32,000 nucleotides of DNA, taken from positions 210,001-242,000 of the forward strand of contig NC_009926.1 of assembly GCF_000018105.1 (NCBI RefSeq), in the 5' to 3' direction. Of this stretch, positions 25,601 through 31,200 are shown piece after piece. Position 1 is the stretch's first letter; every line of letters starts with the position of its first letter. The notes under the pieces were generated by a model. That model made no database searches. It was not told where the DNA came from and saw only the letters and a list, made by a program, of their open reading frames with translations. Source of the DNA: Acaryochloris marina MBIC11017 (lineage in GTDB: Bacteria > Cyanobacteriota > Cyanobacteriia > Thermosynechococcales > Thermosynechococcaceae). Made by a program: the position numbers and the translations under genes.

Positions 25601-28093
25601 CCGATTGCCAACCGCAACCGGGCTGAAACCGAGAGACTGATTGGCCTGTTCGTCAACACCCTGGTGCTGCGGACGGATCTGTCGGATAACCCCAACGTTA
25701 CCGAACTCTTGAGCCGCGTCCGAGAGGTAGCCCTGGGAGCCTATGCTCATCAGGATTTACCCTTTGAGCAGTTAGTAGAAGAATTGCAGCCTGAGCGATC
25801 GCTGAGCTATTCTCCCCTCTTTCAAGTAATGTTCGTGTTGCAAAACGCTCCATTCTCACAGGTTGATCTGCCAGAATTGACCCTGACCCCGCTGGAGAGC
25901 GATAGCGGCACAACGCAGTTTGACCTCATCCTCTCACTGACAGAAACGGATGCAGGTCTGATGGGCACGGTGGAATATGACACGGATCTATTTGGGGTAG
26001 GGACGATCGCCCGTCTAGTCGGCCATTACCAGAAACTACTGGAGATGATGGTAGCTAATCAAGCCCAGCACATTGCAGATCTGTCCCTCCTGACTGAATC
26101 TGAGTTCCACCAGTTGATGCAATGGAATCAGACACAGGCTGACTATCCCCAAGATCGGTGTTTATCTGAGCTGTTCGCCACCCAGGTTGAACAAACGCCA
26201 GATGCGATTGCACTCATCTTCGAAGACCAACACTTGACCTATGCCGAACTCAATGCCCGAGCTAATCAACTCGCTCACTATCTGCAAACCCTAGGGGTGA
26301 AGCCAGATGATTTGGTGGGAATTTGTTGCGATCGCAGCCTCGACATGATGATTGGACTGCTGGGCATCCTCAAATCGGGAGGAGCCTATGTGCCGATTGA
26401 TCCGGACTACCCGAGCGATCGCTTGGCCTGGATGATGAGTGATGCCCACCTAGCGATTCTGCTCACCCAACGCTCTCTAACGGATCAGCTACCTCCCCAT
26501 CAGGCTCAGGTCGTTGAACTGGATGGGGATTGGCAGACAATTGCCCAGCAACCCCGACACAATCTCGCTAATCTGGCTACGGCAGACCACCTCGCCTACG
26601 TCATCTACACCTCCGGTTCAACAGGCAAGCCTAAGGGGGTGCAGATTACTCACCGCAGTCTGGTTAATTTCCTCTGCTCGATGCACAAACAGCCCGGTTT
26701 AACTGCGGATGACACATTACTGGCTATCACCTCGATTTCCTTTGATATCGCGGCACTGGAACTGTATCTTCCCCTGATTACCGGGGCAAAGGTCGTCGTC
26801 GCTAGTCGTACAGTAGCCGCCGATGGCGAACAACTCAGTGAACTGCTTAGCCGCACAGGCGCAACCATTATGCAGGCCACCCCCGCCACCTGGCGGATGC
26901 TGCTGACCGCAGGCTGGTCTGGACAAGCCGGACTAAAAATGCTCTGTGGCGGTGAAGCCCTGAGTGGCGATCTGGCTCAGCAGTTAATGAACATGGGAAC
27001 TTCCGTCTGGAATCTCTATGGCCCCACCGAAACCACCATCTGGTCTACGATTTATCCAGTAAAGAACCAGCCACACAATCACACCGACTCCGAAGTCCCC
27101 TTTACCAAGGGGGATTTAGGGGGATCAATCCCTATCGGCCACCCCATCGCCAACACCCAAATCTATCTCCTCGATCGCCACGGACAGCCTGTGCCTGTCG
27201 GCGTTCCCGGTGAACTGCACATCGGCGGCGACGGACTCGCACGGGGCTACCTGAATCGACCTGAGCTAACGGCAGAACGATTTATTGATTTTGGATTGCC
27301 AATTGCCGATTTTGGATTAGAGCCAGACTCACAAATCCCTCCAAAATCCGAAATCGTTCGACTGAGCGCTCACGACGAAGTCCAAAATCCAAAATCCGTT
27401 CGTTTATACAAAACTGGCGACCTCGCCCGCTACCGTCCGGATGGCTCAATCGAGTATCTAGGTCGCCTGGATCATCAGGTGAAAATTCGCGGCTTCCGGA
27501 TTGAACTGGGGGAAATTGAAGCCGTCTTGCGTCAGCATTCAGATGTCCATGAGGTGGTCGCGATCTCCCGTCCCGACTTATTCGGAGAGTCGCAGTTAGT
27601 GGCCTATTTGGTCTGCCAGCCAGAACGACAGGTAGACAGTGGTGAGCTACGCAAATTCTTACGGGCGAAACTGCCAGACTACATGGTGCCTGCGACCTAT
27701 ATGACGCTGGAGGCTCTGCCCCTGACACCCAATGGCAAGGTCGATCGCAAGGCGCTACCTGCTCCCGACCTATCCCGGACGCAGGATGAAATCGTCCCAC
27801 CCCGCAGCCACACCGAAGCGACATTGGCTACCCTCTATACCGAAATTCTTGGGGTAGAGATAATCAGTGTCCATGACAACTTTTTTGAACTGGGGGGACA
27901 TTCGTTACTTGCTACCCGCCTCACCTCCCGTCTGCGCGAAACCTTTGAACTGGAGCTCTCTCTGCGTAGCCTGTTTGAAAAACCGACCATTGCTGAACTG
28001 GCAGAACACATCGACGTTCTCCGGTTGGCGATTGCCCAAGCCCCCATCCCTGCTACTACAACCGAACCGGGTCGAAAGGAAATTGAACTATGA
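18845..28093 (+). CDS. NRPS, three modules: [C-terminal-lobe C remnant]-A(Dab-like)-T-C-A(Gly)-T-C-A(Gly)-T
   Basis: 3082-aa ORF. Motifs, in order: [151 protein letters not shown]. The TGA stop overlaps the next ATG (ATGA at 28090-28093). Confidence 0.95.
   Translation: [3082 protein letters not shown]
19667..21265 (+). other. Adenylation domain, hand-derived code DIWEMTADDK (closest to my recollection of a Dab code, DIWELTAD..)
   Basis: The code comes from SSDISVWQ / VELVPVV / MVTGED / [11 protein letters not shown]. This A domain is the most divergent in the cluster, and its N-terminal core is visibly AT-richer. Confidence 0.8.
21311..21514 (+). other. Thiolation domain
   Basis: [18 protein letters not shown]. 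Confidence 0.9.
21584..22864 (+). other. Condensation domain (LCL-like)
   Basis: [65 protein letters not shown]. Confidence 0.88.
22310..22570 (+). repeat. Near-identical tract shared by two C domains (partner 25511-25771)
   Basis: I saw about 8 mismatches in about 260 nt. Identity falls off on both sides. The tract encodes [86 protein letters not shown]. Confidence 0.75.
22946..24463 (+). other. Adenylation domain, glycine code DILQLGLIWK; paralogue lacking the A6-A7 insert
   Basis: FDIAALE / MQATPAT / LCGGEA / [12 protein letters not shown]. The A6-A7 segment is short ([27 protein letters not shown]). Confidence 0.85.
24116..24460 (+). repeat. A-domain C-terminal-subdomain tract about 96% identical to 10708-11052 and 27416-27760
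   Basis: I saw about a dozen mismatches in about 345 nt. Identity starts right after the insert site (GGCGACCTCGCCCGCTACCG...). Confidence 0.75.
24506..24718 (+). other. Thiolation domain
   Basis: [18 protein letters not shown]. Confidence 0.9.
24794..26059 (+). other. Condensation domain (LCL-like)
   Basis: [65 protein letters not shown]. Confidence 0.88.
25511..25771 (+). repeat. Partner of the 22310-22570 tract (offset +3,201)
   Basis: As for the partner tract. Confidence 0.75.
26147..27760 (+). other. Adenylation domain, glycine; nucleotide-identical copy of 9439-11052
   Basis: It lies inside the perfect repeat 26021-27765. Confidence 0.88.
27284..27403 (+). repeat. Identical second copy of the in-frame palindromic insert
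   Basis: It is part of the perfect repeat. The inverted-repeat arms are at 27287-27297 and 27386-27396. Confidence 0.7.
27812..28012 (+). other. Thiolation domain
   Basis: [18 protein letters not shown]. Confidence 0.9.
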
Positions 28094-28284
28094 AACCGAT
28101 TGAATCATTCTTATCCGATCTGTATCGCCTAGATGTCAAACTGTGGGTCGAAGGGACCGATGACAAACGTCAGGACGGCTCAGAACAGACTCGACTGCGC
28201 TGCAATGCTCCAGAGGACATTCTGACTGCCGACCTCAGCGCCCAGATCTCGGCTCGTAAAGCTGAAATCATTGCCTTTCTCAAT
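28090..28284 (+). other. TubC-like N-terminal NRPS docking domain
   Basis: [22 protein letters not shown]...[30 protein letters not shown] matches the xxLLxxLxxxGVxLWxEGdxLRxxAPxGxLtxxLrxxLxxhKxElixxL pattern as I remember it. Confidence 0.7.
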
Positions 28285-31200
28285 CAGGCTCATGCCGCCT
28301 CCCATTTGTCCCTTCCCGAGATACAAGCGATCGCCCGTCCAGAGCATGTATCGTTATCGTTTGCGCAGCAGCGGCTGTGGTTTCTCGATCAGATGGAACC
28401 CAATAGTCCGCTCTACAACATTCCAGCAGCGGCTCGTTTAACGGGTACCCTGGATGCGATCGCACTCGATCAAAGCTTCAATGCCATCGTGCAGCGACAT
28501 GAGAGTTTACGAACGGCCTTTCAAGCCGTAGATGGTCAGCCCGTTCAGATGATTGTGCCCGAATTAACCGTGCCTCTACAGCGTGTTGACCTCAGTACCC
28601 TTGACAAAGCGGAGCAGGAAGTTCGAGTGCTGCAACTTGCCCAGCAAGAGGCTCAGCAGCCGTTTGACCTCACCCAGGCACCACTGCTGCGAGTCACTCT
28701 GATCCGGCTAACGGATACTGAGCATGTGGTGCTGTTGACGATGCACCATATCATCTCGGATGCCTGGTCAATGGATATTTTGCTGCAGGAGTTAACCGCT
28801 CTGTATGGGGCGTTTTCAGCTGGACAGCCGTCTCCTTTATCAGAGCTGTCGATTCAGTATGCTGACCTTGCGGTCTGGCAGCGCCAATGGTTGCAGGGGG
28901 AGGTGCTAGAGCGGCATCTATCCTATTGGCACCAGCAGTTGGGTGGAAACCTGCCGATTTTGCAACTGCCCAGCGATCGCCCCCGTCCTCGCGTTCAAAG
29001 CTTCCGGGGAGCCAAGCACACCTTTACACTTTCGGCTGAGCTGACGGCAGCCCTCAAAGCCTTGAGCCAGCAAGCAGGTGTCACCCTATTCATGACTCTG
29101 CTGGCCTCGTTCAAGGTACTGCTCCATCGCTACACCGGGCAGGCAGATTTGTTGGTCGGTTCCCCCATCGCCAACCGCAATCGCTCTGAAATTGAGGGGC
29201 TGATCGGATTCTTTGTGAATACCCTGGTGCTGCGGAGTAACCTGGCCGACAACCCGACCTTTCGTGAGCTGTTGCAGCAAGTGCAGCAGACGACTCTAGC
29301 GGCCTATGAACATCAAGATCTGCCGTTTGAAAAACTAGTGGAAGAGTTGCAACCGGAGCGAGACCTCAGTTACAGTCCACTATTTCAGGTCAAGTTTGCG
29401 CTTGAAAATGCACCTACAAGCGATCTCAATCTTGCTGACTTGACAATGAGCTTTCTTCAGTTCGAAAGTTCGACGGCCAAGCTCGATTTGAGTTTGGACA
29501 TGAGCGAAGAGGTGTCTGACACTGGGGCGGCTCGTTTAGGAGGTACCTTCGAGTACAGTACCGATTTATTTGACAAAGCAACGATTCAGGCAATGGCCGA
29601 ACATTTCCAGTGCTTACTGACTGGCATCGTTGCCCATCCCGATCAGTGCATCTCTGACCTGCCGTTGCTAACAGAAGCCGAGCGGTATCAGCAGTTCGTG
29701 ACCTGGAACGATACTCAGGTTGAGTATGCTCAGGACGAATGCTTTCATCAGCGATTTGAAGCTCAGGTTGAACAAACACCCAATGCGATCGCACTCGTTT
29801 TTCAAGATGAGCAGCTCACCTATGCTGAACTGAATCGGCAGTCCAACCAGCTTGCCTACTATCTGCAAAACCAAGGCGTGAAACCTGAGGTTGTAGTAGG
29901 GCTGTGCGTAGAGCGATCACCTGCCATGATCTTGGGACTGCTCGGCATTCTCAAAGCCGGAGGTGCCTATCTGCCGCTTGACCCCACCTATCCGCCTGAG
30001 CGGCTGGCTTTTATGCTGGCGGATGCGCAAGTGCCGCTGCTGGTGACGACCTCCACCTCAGCGACCCATCTGCCTAACCCTACCGCCCAGGTGATCAAGT
30101 TGGATGCCGATTGGCCGACCATTTCTCAGGAACCGGAACACAATCCCAGCAGTGCGGTTACGGTCGAAAACCTAGCCTACTTGATCTATACCTCCGGCTC
30201 AACTGGCACACCGAAGGGCGTTTTGGTGCCCCATGCCGGATTGGTCAATCTAACCGACGACAAGATTCGCACCTGCCAGGTGCGCCCCGATAGTCGCGTC
30301 CTGCAATTTTTCTCGCTCAGCTTCGATGCATCCGTTCCCGAAATTGTCATGAGTTTGGGTTGTGGTGCTGCCCTCCATCTAGCTCCCCCAGAGGATTTGC
30401 TACCAGGGCCGGGACTCCTAAAGCTACTGCGAGAACAGGCCATCACCCACATCACCGCACCACCCTCTGCCCTGACCGCATTACCACCAGCAGACTTACC
30501 CGCGCTGCAGATGGTGTTGGTGGGCGGCGAAGCGCCATCGCCGGAACTGATTGCCCAGTGGTCAAAAGGACGACTGTTCATCAACGCCTATGGCCCCACT
30601 GAAACCACCGTCAACGCCAGCATGGTGCCTTGTGAGGCTGGAGCAGAACCAACCCTGCGACCAGCGGCCAACAAGCAGCTCTATATCCTTGATCGCCATC
30701 TCCAACTCTTGCCCATTGGCGTACCGGGCGAATTGTATATCGGTGGCATCGGCCTAGCACGAGGCTATCTCAATCGGCCTGAAAAAACGGCAGCAGCCTT
30801 TGTGGATTTTGGATTGCCGCTTTTCGATGCTGGATTAGATACGGGTCAGTTATTATCTCCAAACTCCAAAATCCCTAGCGCAGCGCAGCAGAGCCATGCC
30901 TTTGAGGCTATAAATCCAGAATCAACTCGTTTATACAAAACCGGCGACCTAGCCTGCTACCGCCGTGACGGTCATATCAAGCTGCTGGGGCGGCTAGATC
31001 ATCAGGTGAAGATTCGAGGCTTTCGGATTGAATTGGGCGAAATTGAAGCCCGCCTGGCTCAACATCCGGCGGTTCAGGAGAGTGTGGTGATTGTACGCGA
31101 AGATCAACCGGGCGAACGCCGCTTGGTGGCCTATGTTGCAACCAGCTCAGACCCAGCACCCACCACCAGTGAGCTACACCGTTTTGTCGCTAAAACCCTG

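Larger units (their letters stand above)
26021..27765 (+). repeat. Direct repeat copy 2 (offset +16,708)
   Basis: As for copy 1. The first flanking mismatch on the right is at 11058 (T) versus 27766 (C). On the left, the flanks differ immediately upstream of GGCCATTACC. Confidence 0.9.

Noticed and set aside
9313-27765. Could the large and small repeats represent a CRISPR array or an IS/transposon pair?
   Set aside because: The repeats are long coding segments in the same reading frame of NRPS domains. There are no short regularly spaced repeats with unique spacers, and no transposase ORF or terminal inverted repeats bound them.
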